NCBI GenBank assembly: GCA_965662715.1
Contig: CBFIIS010000003.1
Coordinates: 1-58,423 of the forward strand
Length of the DNA: 58,423 nucleotides
Direction: 5' to 3'
From: Candidatus Poseidoniaceae archaeon
Lineage (GTDB): Archaea > Thermoplasmatota > Poseidoniia > Poseidoniales > Poseidoniaceae
Below the pieces are notes generated by a model. The model had not been told where the DNA came from and searched no databases. It saw only the letters and a program-made list of their open reading frames with translations. A program made the translations under genes and the position numbers. Positions 36,633 through 46,617 of the stretch are shown here, piece by piece. The first letter of the stretch is position 1; the number at the start of each line of letters is the position of its first letter.

Positions 36633-37628
36633 ATGAGCCTCAAGATTCTTGTCACTGGTGGAGCAGGGTTTCTTGGTTCATCATTGTGTGAGTCGTTGAT
36701 CGAAAAAGGGCACCATGTTGTCGCTTTGGATTCACTGTTTCGAGGTACGCTAGAGAACATTGCTCACCTTCAAAATCATCCGCATTTTGAATTCCAGAAG
36801 GACGATGTTCGAAATGTTGAGGCGCTTGATGCGTGCGTTGAGCGCCTTGGAGGATTGGATCTCATCTATCATCTCGCGGCAATCAACGGAACAAAATGGT
36901 TTCACGAAGCAGCACATTCGGTCATCGATGTCAACATCAACGGTACGCTTCGAACGCTTGAGTTGGCGATGGCTCACGAAGCAAGGTATGTGCTTGCCTC
37001 ATCACCTGAGGCTTTTGGTGAGGCAGAGCAACAACCTATTCGCAACGGGAATCCAATGCAATTTAGCGATCCAAGCGAACATCAGCGACATTCCTACGGT
37101 GCGAGCAAATACCTCGATGAAGTCGCAGCACAGCATGCGGCAAGGGACGGTTTAGATGTTAGAATCGTCCGCCCATTCAACGCCTATGGCCCACGATTGA
37201 ACGGCGGCGATTATGGGCAAGTCGTGGCCATGTTCTTCCATTCTATCCTAACATCTTCAACCATTCACATCCATAACAATGGCTTGCAAACCCGTTCGTT
37301 CACTTGGATCGACGACATCACTGACGGTTTCTTGAAAGCCGGGTTACTGGACCAAGGTGTTTCAGGAGCATCACTCTCTGGTATGGCTTTCAACATCGGC
37401 TCAACGGAGGAAATCAGCATCCTTGACCTGCAAAAACGAGTATATGAGGTTGTGGAAGCCGACTCAAACTGGAGTCTTTCTCTTCCCGAAGTTGAATTTA
37501 CTGATGGATACCATGGTGATGCCACACGTCGCTGGCCTGATGTTTCATTGGCCACCCTTCATCTTGGATGGACACCTTCAACCAGCCTCATGCAAGGACT
37601 TCAGTCAACCTGGGTTGCTCTGCGTTAA
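36633..37628 (+). CDS. NAD-dependent nucleotide-sugar epimerase/dehydratase (UDP-glucuronate decarboxylase-like)
   Basis: ILVTGGAGFLGS, IYHLAA, YGASK, RPFNAYGPR, QTRSFTWIDD. Confidence 0.9.
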   Translation: MSLKILVTGGAGFLGSSLCESLIEKGHHVVALDSLFRGTLENIAHLQNHPHFEFQKDDVRNVEALDACVERLGGLDLIYHLAAINGTKWFHEAAHSVIDVNINGTLRTLELAMAHEARYVLASSPEAFGEAEQQPIRNGNPMQFSDPSEHQRHSYGASKYLDEVAAQHAARDGLDVRIVRPFNAYGPRLNGGDYGQVVAMFFHSILTSSTIHIHNNGLQTRSFTWIDDITDGFLKAGLLDQGVSGASLSGMAFNIGSTEEISILDLQKRVYEVVEADSNWSLSLPEVEFTDGYHGDATRRWPDVSLATLHLGWTPSTSLMQGLQSTWVALR

Positions 37629-37631
37629 TGC

Positions 37632-38438
37632 TCAACGATTGTAGTGCTTAGCGACTTTTTCGCCCCACTGGGATGGAGCCGGAGTGAGCCGGTCATGCCC
37701 GTGCTGACACAACACATCGAGCCCTTCTGCCGGCAGTTCATCACTGGTTGTCCAGAGTGCTCTGACACGAAGCACTGCAAGGCGCGCTACAGCGTCTGGT
37801 AGCGGCCGATCCTCAAGGTATTCAACTTCAATTGCCGCAACGGCTTCATTGATCAGCAAAGGGTCTGCATCATGATGAGTAAAGCCTGCCATATTCCATT
37901 CGCTTTCATTCGCAGGGAGCGGAGCAGCGGTCTCGTCTACTGCTTTTACCATGGCAAGATTGGCTGGCATGAGGTGCAAAATGGCTCGTTTCGTACTTCG
38001 AAGGTTGTGGAGTGTGTCTCGATAGACACCGTTCCGGTTGCAACTGAATGACGCAATCAGGAGTGGGGGGCCAGTGGACACCGCCATCACCGATGTGTAG
38101 GGGGCAAGGTTGAGGTTACCCTCTGCATCTTGAGTCGATGCTACGATTAATGGACGTGGAGAAAGCAATCCTGACAACCAACCAGCTCGTACCGGGTGGT
38201 CAATCTCGTCTGCCTCCATTCGGTAGGCTTCGGCCATCGATTGAGTTGGTGCAGGGGTAAACCAAGCGTCGAGTTTGCCATTACCAAGTTCTTCAATGGC
38301 ATGATCATTGAAGGCAATATACGACTTCCAAGCAGAAATTTCTTCCAGTTCGCCACGGTCTTCCTTTCGCTGAATTGAGGCTTCAGCATAGGTGTTGCAC
38401 TTTCGTAGGTAATTCACGATAACTGCTTTCTCATCCAT
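37632..38438 (-). CDS. Flavin reductase (DIM6/NTAB) family protein with extra N-terminal helical domain
   Basis: SPRPLIVAST, NLAPYTS, RDTLHNL, ESEW; start 38438 behind GAGGGA (ORF extends to 38486). Confidence 0.8.
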   Translation of the reverse strand: MDEKAVIVNYLRKCNTYAEASIQRKEDRGELEEISAWKSYIAFNDHAIEELGNGKLDAWFTPAPTQSMAEAYRMEADEIDHPVRAGWLSGLLSPRPLIVASTQDAEGNLNLAPYTSVMAVSTGPPLLIASFSCNRNGVYRDTLHNLRSTKRAILHLMPANLAMVKAVDETAAPLPANESEWNMAGFTHHDADPLLINEAVAAIEVEYLEDRPLPDAVARLAVLRVRALWTTSDELPAEGLDVLCQHGHDRLTPAPSQWGEKVAKHYNR

Positions 38439-38448
38439 CTGTCTTCCC

Positions 38449-38922
38449 TCATCCATCAGAACGTCCACCTTTTTGTTCATATTCACTGCGCATCATCAAG
38501 AATTTTGCTGGATTACCCGCCCAAACTTCGTTATCTGGCACATCTTTGGTGGCTGTTGAGCCTGCAGCGAGAACAGCATATTCTCCAATCGCCACGCCCG
38601 GTAAAACGGTAGCACCGCCACCAATCACAGCATTTGAGTGCACAACGACGGGTTGCCAAAGTTCCGCATTTCTCGACGGAGGGTAGCGGTCATTGAGCAA
38701 TGTGGCGTTTGGTCCGACAAAAACACCATCATTCAGCACGCAGTGATCTGCGATGTACGCACCGCCTTGAATCCTGCAGCCGTTGCCGAGTTTGATGTGT
38801 CTTCCAACATGGGCGAGTGCACCAATGGAACAGTTTGCACCGATAAGCAGGCCTTCTCCAATGTGACAAGGCGCCCATGCAACGCTCTGGTTTGGGAGGT
38901 CAATTCGTTGGTTTGCCTCCAT
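38449..38922 (-). CDS. Hexapeptide-repeat acyltransferase (WbpD/WxcM-like sugar N-acetyltransferase)
   Basis: IGANCSIG, GVFVGPNATLLND, IGGGATVLPGVAIG, TKDVP, WAGNPAK. Confidence 0.88.
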   Translation of the reverse strand: MEANQRIDLPNQSVAWAPCHIGEGLLIGANCSIGALAHVGRHIKLGNGCRIQGGAYIADHCVLNDGVFVGPNATLLNDRYPPSRNAELWQPVVVHSNAVIGGGATVLPGVAIGEYAVLAAGSTATKDVPDNEVWAGNPAKFLMMRSEYEQKGGRSDG

Positions 38923-38932
38923 TCAATCACCC

Positions 38933-39418
38933 TTATTCGGTGAACTCGAGTTCACGCATCAACATGGAAACATGCCCCTTGGCACGGACATTGTACCTGA
39001 GCCATTTGAAAGTACCATCTGGTTGAATGACAAAGGTCGATCGAACGCAGCCCATGTATTCCTTCCCGTAGTTCTTCTTCATTCGCCATGTACCAAATGC
39101 CTCATGAAGCGATCCGTCAGTGTCCATCAGCAGGGGGAAATTGAGTTCCTGCTTGGTGATGAACTTCTCGTGCGATGCTTCGGAATCTTTTGAGACGCCG
39201 AGGACAACGGTATCTTTTGATTGAAGCAGGGCCATGTTGTCTCTAAAGTCACAGGCCTGTGTTGTGCATCCTGGCGTAGAGTCTCGTGGATAAAAGTACA
39301 AAATCACGGTTTTTCCGCCAGCCATGTATGTTTCAAGGTCGTGTTGTGTGCCTGCTGAGTCCATGACTGAAAATCGTGGAGCATCATTTCCGATTTCGTA
39401 GGTTATTGCGTCGCTCAT
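38933..39418 (-). CDS. bcp: Thioredoxin-dependent thiol peroxidase (BCP/PrxQ)
   Basis: LYFYPRDSTPGCTTQACDFRD, LNFPLL, RSTFVI. Confidence 0.95.
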   Translation of the reverse strand: MSDAITYEIGNDAPRFSVMDSAGTQHDLETYMAGGKTVILYFYPRDSTPGCTTQACDFRDNMALLQSKDTVVLGVSKDSEASHEKFITKQELNFPLLMDTDGSLHEAFGTWRMKKNYGKEYMGCVRSTFVIQPDGTFKWLRYNVRAKGHVSMLMRELEFTE

Positions 39419-39462
39419 GTCGCTTCGTGTGAGCCATAGTCCAAGAAGGGTTGCTTTGACTC

Positions 39463-39479
39463 AAAAAATAGTATTTTTT
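39463..39479. promoter_or_regulatory. Perfect AT-rich palindrome AAAAAATA-G-TATTTTTT in the divergent bcp / archaellum-locus intergenic region
   Basis: 8-1-8 inverted repeat lying between promoter hexamers TTCTTG (39447-39442) and TTCAAT (39589-39594). Confidence 0.5.
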
Positions 39480-39588
39480 ACATCATCTCTGGTTAAAATC
39501 ACGACCTTCATTCCTTTGGTACATCATTAATGCAATGTGCATGGGATACGATTCATTACGACTAAACCTATACTTGTCAACCGATTCT

Positions 39589-39594
39589 TTCAAT
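39589..39594 (+). promoter_or_regulatory. Putative promoter element TTCAAT at the head of the extended archaellum locus
   Basis: 23 nt before ATG 39618. Confidence 0.55.
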
Positions 39595-39617
39595 AACCGG
39601 CAGGTGAACGAGCAACT

Positions 39618-40052
39618 ATGGTCGCCTCGCGTATGTCTCGACGTTCTCGTCGATACTTCAAGCGCATTCAACGCGTGTCGACCAAGTTTGACCTGCAGGC
39701 CATCGCCAGCGCCATACAAACCGACCTCGATAAGCGCAATGTGTCCTACGACGAGGCATTGACGCTCGGCAATCTCATCCAGCATCGTTCCGATCAACTT
39801 CCAGGTGACGCCATCGTCTATGCCATTTCAGACCGGGACGCTTATCGGCGCACACTTGAATTGTATTTGCGGGACGCCCTTTTGACCCGAACAGAACAAC
39901 TGCTGCTCTGGGAAGAACGCCGACGCCTTGGGATCACCGAACAAGAACATGAACGTCTTCTCCATCAACTATTAGCTCAATGGAAGAGCCAAGGAAAGCG
40001 AGTCACCATCGACCGCTTCGAAAAGCCTGGCGGAGGTGAAGCATCTGCGTAA
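39618..40052 (+). CDS. Hypothetical cytoplasmic helical protein: basic N-terminus, TerB-C/ENT-like C-terminal motif
   Basis: MVASRMSRRSRRYFKR; AYRRTLELYLRDALLTRTEQLLLWEERRRLGITEQEHERLL. Confidence 0.75.
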   Translation: MVASRMSRRSRRYFKRIQRVSTKFDLQAIASAIQTDLDKRNVSYDEALTLGNLIQHRSDQLPGDAIVYAISDRDAYRRTLELYLRDALLTRTEQLLLWEERRRLGITEQEHERLLHQLLAQWKSQGKRVTIDRFEKPGGGEASA

Positions 40053-43000
40053 TCAGTCATCTTCTTCCACAAGACTTGCTTTCTGCTTGATTCTTCTGTT
40101 CTTGATTCCAATAGCAACTCCACTTGTCGCCACATCAGGCGCTCAACCAACGGGACGAGCTGCACCTGATTTCAGTGTGAGTTTGATGACCATGAGTGGT
40201 GCCGGGTCGATCAACCGTGGGACTGGAATCATCGTTGAACCAGCAGAGCACGACATTCGAGTTGTGGTGCGCAACACTGGAGATGTCGGTGGATCTGCAT
40301 CGTTGCAACTCGTCCATAAGGGCTCACCAACTGCGGGCGAGTACATTGTCACAACCATTTCTCTTGGCAACATTCCGGCGCTCACGACCTCAAATCCAAT
40401 CATTATTCCATGGACGGCAACAACAGGCGACGATCAAACCCTCTTCGCTCGTGTCTCTGGCAACGGAGACAGCAACCCGGCAAACAACGAACAACGAAAG
40501 GACTTCGATGTCAAGAATAACCACAGCGGTATATCTGTCTCGGACACTGTTCCAACCTTGGACCCAGGTGAAACAAGCGTCGGGTTGACCCGTAGCGTTC
40601 AAACCATCAATGCCTCTGTGCGCAACAACGGTGTGAAAAACATCTCATCGGTCATGCAACTCACCTTGACCGAACAAGCAAATCCGTCAAATTCCTTTGT
40701 GTATTATTCCAACACGCAAACGCTACAATCAGGTTCACTCTTTGCTCCCTCAAGCCCGAAAGACCTCACGCTGTCCTTCGACCCATCTGCGCTCTCTGGG
40801 CTATGGACTTTAGAAGTCAAAATCCTCTTCAACGGAACGCTTTGGACGGATGATCCGACCATCGCAACCGTGACTGTTCGACTTTCGAATTACACTGCTT
40901 CTCTTTCATCTCTCGGTGATCGTTCCATTGAACCGGGGCAGACTGGAACCCTGACCTTCTTGCTCAAGAACACTGGCGGTCTACAGGATTCATATCGAAT
41001 CGATTCGATCACAACCAACCCACTCACTCGAAACTGGGCCGATGTTTCATCGGTTGGTAGTTCGACTGCTGCGCTGTCTCCCGGGGCAACAACTTCGATA
41101 GGCATCCCTGTGACGGTGCCACTAGGTGAAAACAGATCAAATGCCTCTGTAATCACAATTACTCTCCTTTCGATCCAAGACGGATACACGCTCGTCACGA
41201 CAGCCGTTGTTCAAGCGGGCGAATCATACATTGCTTCCATCGAGATGCCATCGACGGTTACAGAATTGCTTCCCGGTGATTCAAACACCATCATGGCGAA
41301 TGTCACAAATGATGGCAACGTCGGCGGCGAATTCACGTTCGATTGTGGCCTCTCTGTCGCCGCAATAAATTGGGTTTTGGACATACAAGGGGAGGAATGC
41401 GACCAATGGTCGACCTTCATCAATCGCTCTGCAACGGTTCAAATCCCAATCAATGTCAAGGTCCCACCGATCAAGAGCCCTCTCGACCCCGGTGAATTCA
41501 ACCTTGCAGGTCAACCGTTGCAAGTATGGCTGCAAGTACGAGCCGCAGGCGGCGGGCTCCCGACTCAGGCCTCTGCTGGAATTGAAGTCCTTCCAACAAT
41601 CGTTGTCGACCCTGGCCTGCCTGTCGAAGAACTCGTTTTGACCGAAGAAGATGTCATCGCTGCCAGAAACGGCCAGGGCCTCGAGGATGTCCTCGGACTG
41701 AATGTGGAGGTTCGCCACAATCTCTTTGCAGACATTGATGAAACCCTTAGCGCTGATATTGAAGTCAGTGGCTTATCCTTCCTTGCAGCGAATACCGGTG
41801 GATTTTCTGAAGCTGGTCGCTGGAGTGCTGTCGTTTCACCACCTGAACTTACGGGACTGAAGCCCGGCGACACTTCGCCAGCCATTCTTGCGTTGCAAGG
41901 TCCTGACGATGATTATCCTCTGGCAGGCACAATCACCCTCTCGGTCACAGTCACGCCCACGCTTGGCGGGGTTCACGCAGGAAGCGGGGTCACCGCGAAT
42001 CCAGTGACTCGTAATTTGTCAATCGTGATCCCCTCAGTGCTCGGTGCAGAAATCCTTGAAGATGGACCAGTGGATGTGCAAGTCGGTGTTGAAACCGCTG
42101 TTGCTTTCCCATTCGCTAACATCGGAAACGACTTGACTTCCTATCGTCTTCGCTTGGCTGACGTGCCAGATGATTGGATCGTCCAATTCAACGGGACCAG
42201 CGACACCATTGACAACCTCTCTGCTGACGTTGCAGATTTCCCAGCAACAGGGTCTGCACACCAAAGCATTGTCGAACTGCTCATCCAAACCGATCCCTTT
42301 GTGCCAGCGAATTCGATTGTCCCTCTGACCATTACCATCGAAGAGCGAGACACTGGCGCCTCCATCGGAGAGCATATTCTCCCCGTAAGGGTCGGAGAAT
42401 TGAGAAACGGAACCTTGTTCCCTCTGACCCAACATATTTCCGTGGATCCAACTGATTTCGATGAATTCAAGACCATCAAGGTCTCCAACACAGGTAACGC
42501 ACCAACCACGTATTATGTTTGGATTGACGATGCCCTTGCAGGTGATGTTATTTTCGAACTTGACTCAAATCCTTCCATGCTCGTAGCGCCCGGGTATGAT
42601 GACATCATCAAGATCAATGTGATTCCAACTGCGGCTGCGAGCGCCGATCAAACATACGAGGCGGTGGTTTGGGTCGCTGATTCAACTGGCGCAGTCAATA
42701 TGTCTGCAAACATTACCGCGAACATCACAAAGAGTTCCGACATCAGAATCGATGCACCACTTGTGATTGGTGTCACACCCGGCCAAATGACCAACATCGA
42801 ATTCAACGTGACCAACATTGGAAACCTACAGGAATCAATCCTTATCATGCCTTCAATCGAAGGCAATTGGTCGACCGACGTCACTGAAATTGGAATGACG
42901 CTTCAAATCAATCAAACCATTACCGGACAAATTGTCGTTAGCGTTCCAAGTCTTGGAGGCGAAGAATCGCTGATGGATGGTTCGGTACACAACCTCACGC

Positions 43001-44952
43001 TCGCCGTGTATGACGCCTCGACTTCAGATTTCAAAACAAGCTACACAATCCAACTTCGAGTTGGTGCTTTGTTTGCTCTCGAAGCAGAAGCCTGGCCGGC
43101 TGTTATGGAATTCTACAGGCAAGGGACTCGCACTTGGGAAGTTGCCCTCACAAACACTGGAAACCGAGATGTAGAAGTCAATGTAGGTTATTCAGTGAAT
43201 AGAGCTGGTCTCGATGTTGGATCGAGTGATTGGACAATGGTTGACGGTGCACCAACGACCCTTTATCTCCCAGTCGGTGTTCCAATCACTCACATATTCA
43301 GTATCGAAGCATTGAATTTCGAACCCGATCTTTCGCTCCAAGCAGATTTCAAAATCTATTACGATCCTGTTGACGAAGCCGTTCAAGGCAACGCCTCATA
43401 TGAGACCAATCTCGTGATGTCGAGGTTCTTCAGCACTGGAGACATCATTCTCAGACCTGAGGTCGGCGATCCTCCAATCGATATTGACATCACATACTCT
43501 CACATCCCGAACGGACAAGCACTCTCCGCTGCCTATGAAATTGAATTGTGTGGTGCGAATCGAATCCTTGACTTCGCAGCCCTCAACCTCAACGACGCGG
43601 ATTATCCGTGGGAATTCAAGGTCGTGCTTCCAGACGCGAACAACACCGAAGTGATTCTACCGATTAACGCAGCATCATGCACATTTGGCACCCAAGGTGA
43701 ATCCTCAAGGATTTCATTACCAACTCGCAGCGCTTGGGATACATCCTCTCCGCTCAAAATTTCAGTCAATGCTCCTGAGCGAGGTAAAATTCTCTCAGGC
43801 GATGGCTGGGACCTCACGTTCCGACTCTATCACCCAACAGAGAACAATAATTATTCCACATTCGATGAGGAAACATTCAGTTTCCAATTGGACGTCTTCG
43901 CCGATCCATTGGTTGAATCCCTCGAAGTCATCACCATCGAAGAAGGTGAGGAATTCGATCTCTTGCTCACCGTGACCAACGCAGGTACGGCCACTGCTCT
44001 GGGTGTCGATGTCGCCCTTGTGTGCCCAACGTCGACCATTCTAAGTGGTCCTCTGGCTGAGCCAATGATTGGTATTCTTGGCCCGGGTGAATCTGTCGTG
44101 CTCAATTGGCGCATTCAACCAGATTCCATCGATTGGTGGGAACAGTCTGAAGCATCTGAGTGTACGGCGACCGTTGATGCCTTCTACATGGACAAGAACG
44201 TCGTCGGCAATGATGTACGAACCATTGAGATGAACGTTGAGTCTTCTTCCCCAGGTGTTTCAACCAGTTTCATAGCATTGATCATTTGTTTCCTCGCCTC
44301 CATCATCCTCCTTCGACTGACCGGACAAAATGAGAAATTCAGACTCATGGCAGTGTACGCTGGTGTGCTCGGCTTTGGCTTCTCATTCCACGTCCTTGAT
44401 GTTCCGTTCTGGGGTATCGCTGTTCTCATTGCAACAGCTCTGTGGATTTGGCGCATGAGTTGGTCAAGCGCTGAAGAATTCAAATTGATTCATGAGGACT
44501 ACCAACGCGCTCGTCGCGGTGTCTCAACGCTCTACACAGACCACTTCGATGCTCTGAAGGACAGCCGCCGCCAATTGAGCGTGATTCTGGCGGTTCCTGT
44601 GCTTGGTTTCATAGCGGTGATCCTCGGTCTTCCGCCTCAACTCTATACCGATCAAAACAACATGGTTTCGTTGCTTGTTTACATTACAATCGTCATGCTC
44701 GGAGTGTGGTTCATCATCCTTAGAGCAGATCGTGCCTATGGTAATCTGTACGGTCGCCTCACCGATGTTGAGGTCAAAGCAACTCGGATCGAACGAGACC
44801 TTGGCGACCCAGCACGTTTGTTCAATGAATTAGCGGGCGACGGCTTGAACCTCGACGAAATTTTCGGAGATGTTTCGAGCAACGCTACTGTTGGCGCGCT
44901 TGTCGGTGCAGAACAATCTCAAGAGGAGGTGAATGATGATGTCCAAAGATGA
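40036..44952 (+). CDS. Giant (1638 aa) surface protein with CARDB/NEW3-like Ig repeats, ~5 C-terminal TM helices and cytoplasmic tail
   Basis: Signal peptide; repeated xxNxG motifs (VRNTG, LKNTG, VTNDGN, ANIGN, VSNTGN, VTNIGN, LTNTGN, VTNAG); DSNPANN; five hydrophobic segments near the C-terminus. Confidence 0.85.
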   Translation: MKHLRNQSSSSTRLAFCLILLFLIPIATPLVATSGAQPTGRAAPDFSVSLMTMSGAGSINRGTGIIVEPAEHDIRVVVRNTGDVGGSASLQLVHKGSPTAGEYIVTTISLGNIPALTTSNPIIIPWTATTGDDQTLFARVSGNGDSNPANNEQRKDFDVKNNHSGISVSDTVPTLDPGETSVGLTRSVQTINASVRNNGVKNISSVMQLTLTEQANPSNSFVYYSNTQTLQSGSLFAPSSPKDLTLSFDPSALSGLWTLEVKILFNGTLWTDDPTIATVTVRLSNYTASLSSLGDRSIEPGQTGTLTFLLKNTGGLQDSYRIDSITTNPLTRNWADVSSVGSSTAALSPGATTSIGIPVTVPLGENRSNASVITITLLSIQDGYTLVTTAVVQAGESYIASIEMPSTVTELLPGDSNTIMANVTNDGNVGGEFTFDCGLSVAAINWVLDIQGEECDQWSTFINRSATVQIPINVKVPPIKSPLDPGEFNLAGQPLQVWLQVRAAGGGLPTQASAGIEVLPTIVVDPGLPVEELVLTEEDVIAARNGQGLEDVLGLNVEVRHNLFADIDETLSADIEVSGLSFLAANTGGFSEAGRWSAVVSPPELTGLKPGDTSPAILALQGPDDDYPLAGTITLSVTVTPTLGGVHAGSGVTANPVTRNLSIVIPSVLGAEILEDGPVDVQVGVETAVAFPFANIGNDLTSYRLRLADVPDDWIVQFNGTSDTIDNLSADVADFPATGSAHQSIVELLIQTDPFVPANSIVPLTITIEERDTGASIGEHILPVRVGELRNGTLFPLTQHISVDPTDFDEFKTIKVSNTGNAPTTYYVWIDDALAGDVIFELDSNPSMLVAPGYDDIIKINVIPTAAASADQTYEAVVWVADSTGAVNMSANITANITKSSDIRIDAPLVIGVTPGQMTNIEFNVTNIGNLQESILIMPSIEGNWSTDVTEIGMTLQINQTITGQIVVSVPSLGGEESLMDGSVHNLTLAVYDASTSDFKTSYTIQLRVGALFALEAEAWPAVMEFYRQGTRTWEVALTNTGNRDVEVNVGYSVNRAGLDVGSSDWTMVDGAPTTLYLPVGVPITHIFSIEALNFEPDLSLQADFKIYYDPVDEAVQGNASYETNLVMSRFFSTGDIILRPEVGDPPIDIDITYSHIPNGQALSAAYEIELCGANRILDFAALNLNDADYPWEFKVVLPDANNTEVILPINAASCTFGTQGESSRISLPTRSAWDTSSPLKISVNAPERGKILSGDGWDLTFRLYHPTENNNYSTFDEETFSFQLDVFADPLVESLEVITIEEGEEFDLLLTVTNAGTATALGVDVALVCPTSTILSGPLAEPMIGILGPGESVVLNWRIQPDSIDWWEQSEASECTATVDAFYMDKNVVGNDVRTIEMNVESSSPGVSTSFIALIICFLASIILLRLTGQNEKFRLMAVYAGVLGFGFSFHVLDVPFWGIAVLIATALWIWRMSWSSAEEFKLIHEDYQRARRGVSTLYTDHFDALKDSRRQLSVILAVPVLGFIAVILGLPPQLYTDQNNMVSLLVYITIVMLGVWFIILRADRAYGNLYGRLTDVEVKATRIERDLGDPARLFNELAGDGLNLDEIFGDVSSNATVGALVGAEQSQEEVNDDVQR

Positions 44953-46000
44953 TGTCAACGTTATTGACGACCCAGATATGATTCTGGATGAAGTCGATGC
45001 CTCTTTCGACCTCGAAGCCCCGGGATTGGATGATTCTCTGACAACAGCACCGGAGATGACCGAGGGCGAAGTCCAGGAAGCCCGTGCTGCAATTGCGGCG
45101 AGCAAAGATTCCGCAGACCGCCTCATCGCCGCCTCAAGAGAACTCGAATCTTTGGTGTTCGGCGTCGTTCAGGACGAATCAAATTCATTGGCTGGAACAG
45201 AAGTCGATATTGCAGATGCCAAACTGTTCCTCAATGCTCACAAACTGAAAGCGGCTCGCAAGTCGGTCAAGAAAGCTGAACAATCCCTCGCACTGCTCGA
45301 GGAAGATGTGCTTCACCTCCGGCGAAACATTGCGATGCTTCATAGATTGCTCAATGAAAAGAAAATCAATGAAGAAGAAATTGAAACAATTCTTCTCCGT
45401 CTTCATTCAGCAACAGGTGCTGCAGAAATTGGTGATGTTGGTGTCGCTGCTGGTGAGGTCGAACACCTTGTGGACGATCTCATCGGTGGGAACACCGCTA
45501 CCCTCAATCCTTTCCTCTTCCGTCATTTCTGGCTCGGTCTTGACACTCGGTGGCCAGCGGGTGGAGATGAAGGCGTCTTGATTGTCCGTCTCATCAATGA
45601 TGGTCCTGTGGCTATGCCGAGCATGCGCCTGGCTCCTCCAGTGCCTGAAGGATGGACCTGCGTTCCTTCCTCGGTTGATCTACCAATCATCGCCCCGGGC
45701 GGAAATCTACCGCTCCGGTTTGAAGTCAAGGCGAACCGTCGGTATGGCGCAGATGAAATCCCCCTCTCACGCAAGTTGGCAATTGCCACCTCGTACGAGA
45801 TGCGAACGGGCGATATTACCGCAACAATTCGCGCTCAGAATCGTTCGATGGAGCCCCTGCAAGACATTGTGCTCTCGCCATGGATTCCACCCGGCTTTAC
45901 CACAGATTCAGTCCCATTCATCAACCGTCTCGCACCTGATGAAGTCGCTCTTATTCGCATGCCTTTGCGCATCAACATTGGTTCAGGAGGGAATGCTTGA
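44933..46000 (+). CDS. Hypothetical protein: acidic N-terminus, helical/coiled-coil core, two C-terminal NEW3-like beta domains, no signal peptide
   Basis: SD GGAGGTGA then ATGATGATG, overlapping the upstream gene; PVPEGWT and WIPPGFT motifs. Confidence 0.8.
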   Translation: MMMSKDDVNVIDDPDMILDEVDASFDLEAPGLDDSLTTAPEMTEGEVQEARAAIAASKDSADRLIAASRELESLVFGVVQDESNSLAGTEVDIADAKLFLNAHKLKAARKSVKKAEQSLALLEEDVLHLRRNIAMLHRLLNEKKINEEEIETILLRLHSATGAAEIGDVGVAAGEVEHLVDDLIGGNTATLNPFLFRHFWLGLDTRWPAGGDEGVLIVRLINDGPVAMPSMRLAPPVPEGWTCVPSSVDLPIIAPGGNLPLRFEVKANRRYGADEIPLSRKLAIATSYEMRTGDITATIRAQNRSMEPLQDIVLSPWIPPGFTTDSVPFINRLAPDEVALIRMPLRINIGSGGNA

Positions 46001-46056
46001 ACCGCTCACAGTCCACCCTAATGGGGGATACAAAAAAAACAAAAATGGTGAAAAAT

Positions 46057-46617
46057 ATGAAAGAAAATACGAACGAAAACAGCGATAATATCGCTGCAAT
46101 TGGTATTGGTGCAATGATTGTGTTCATTGCCCTAATCCTTGTTGCGGCGGTTGCAGCAGCGGTCATTATTCAGACCGCTGAACAATTGCAACAAAATGCA
46201 CAAAGCACTGGCGAAGAGACAACTGACTTGTTGTCCTCCAAGGTGAACATCAAGGGTGCCGTGATCACTGGAGCTGGTGCAAACCAGATCTACATCACCT
46301 TCGAATTGGCCCCTGGATCTGATCCAGTCACAGCAAACACTGTGGCTTGGTCAATCATGTGCAGTGGAACCCCAAGCGGTGACGACTACGGAAACTTTGG
46401 TGCCGCACAGCAAGTTGGCGGTGCAGCTCTTGTCGGTGGCGTCCTCAGTCCGGGCACAACCTACACAATCGAACTAACCAACGCTGGTGGCCTTGCTACC
46501 TGCGTTCCAACAGCAAACCAAGACCACTCGTTGATGATTCAATCCGGTAAGGGTGGATTCACATACGAATTGCTCAACTACGGCGGAAACATTGCAGCAG
46601 GCGAGGTGATTGTATGA
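46057..46617 (+). CDS. flaB: Archaellin (archaeal flagellin) 1
   Basis: [28 protein letters not shown]; LAPGSDP; start 46057 behind SD GGTGA. Confidence 0.93.
   Translation: MKENTNENSDNIAAIGIGAMIVFIALILVAAVAAAVIIQTAEQLQQNAQSTGEETTDLLSSKVNIKGAVITGAGANQIYITFELAPGSDPVTANTVAWSIMCSGTPSGDDYGNFGAAQQVGGAALVGGVLSPGTTYTIELTNAGGLATCVPTANQDHSLMIQSGKGGFTYELLNYGGNIAAGEVIV

Noticed and set aside
36633-38922. Epimerase plus acetyltransferase as an archaellin glycosylation cluster
   Set aside because: They are on opposite strands in different operons, no glycosyltransferase is present, and the archaellins lack sequons
46013-46045. Weak hairpin plus A-run before flaB as a terminator or phase-variable tract
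   Set aside because: Stem is short and imperfect; the A8 run is non-coding and short
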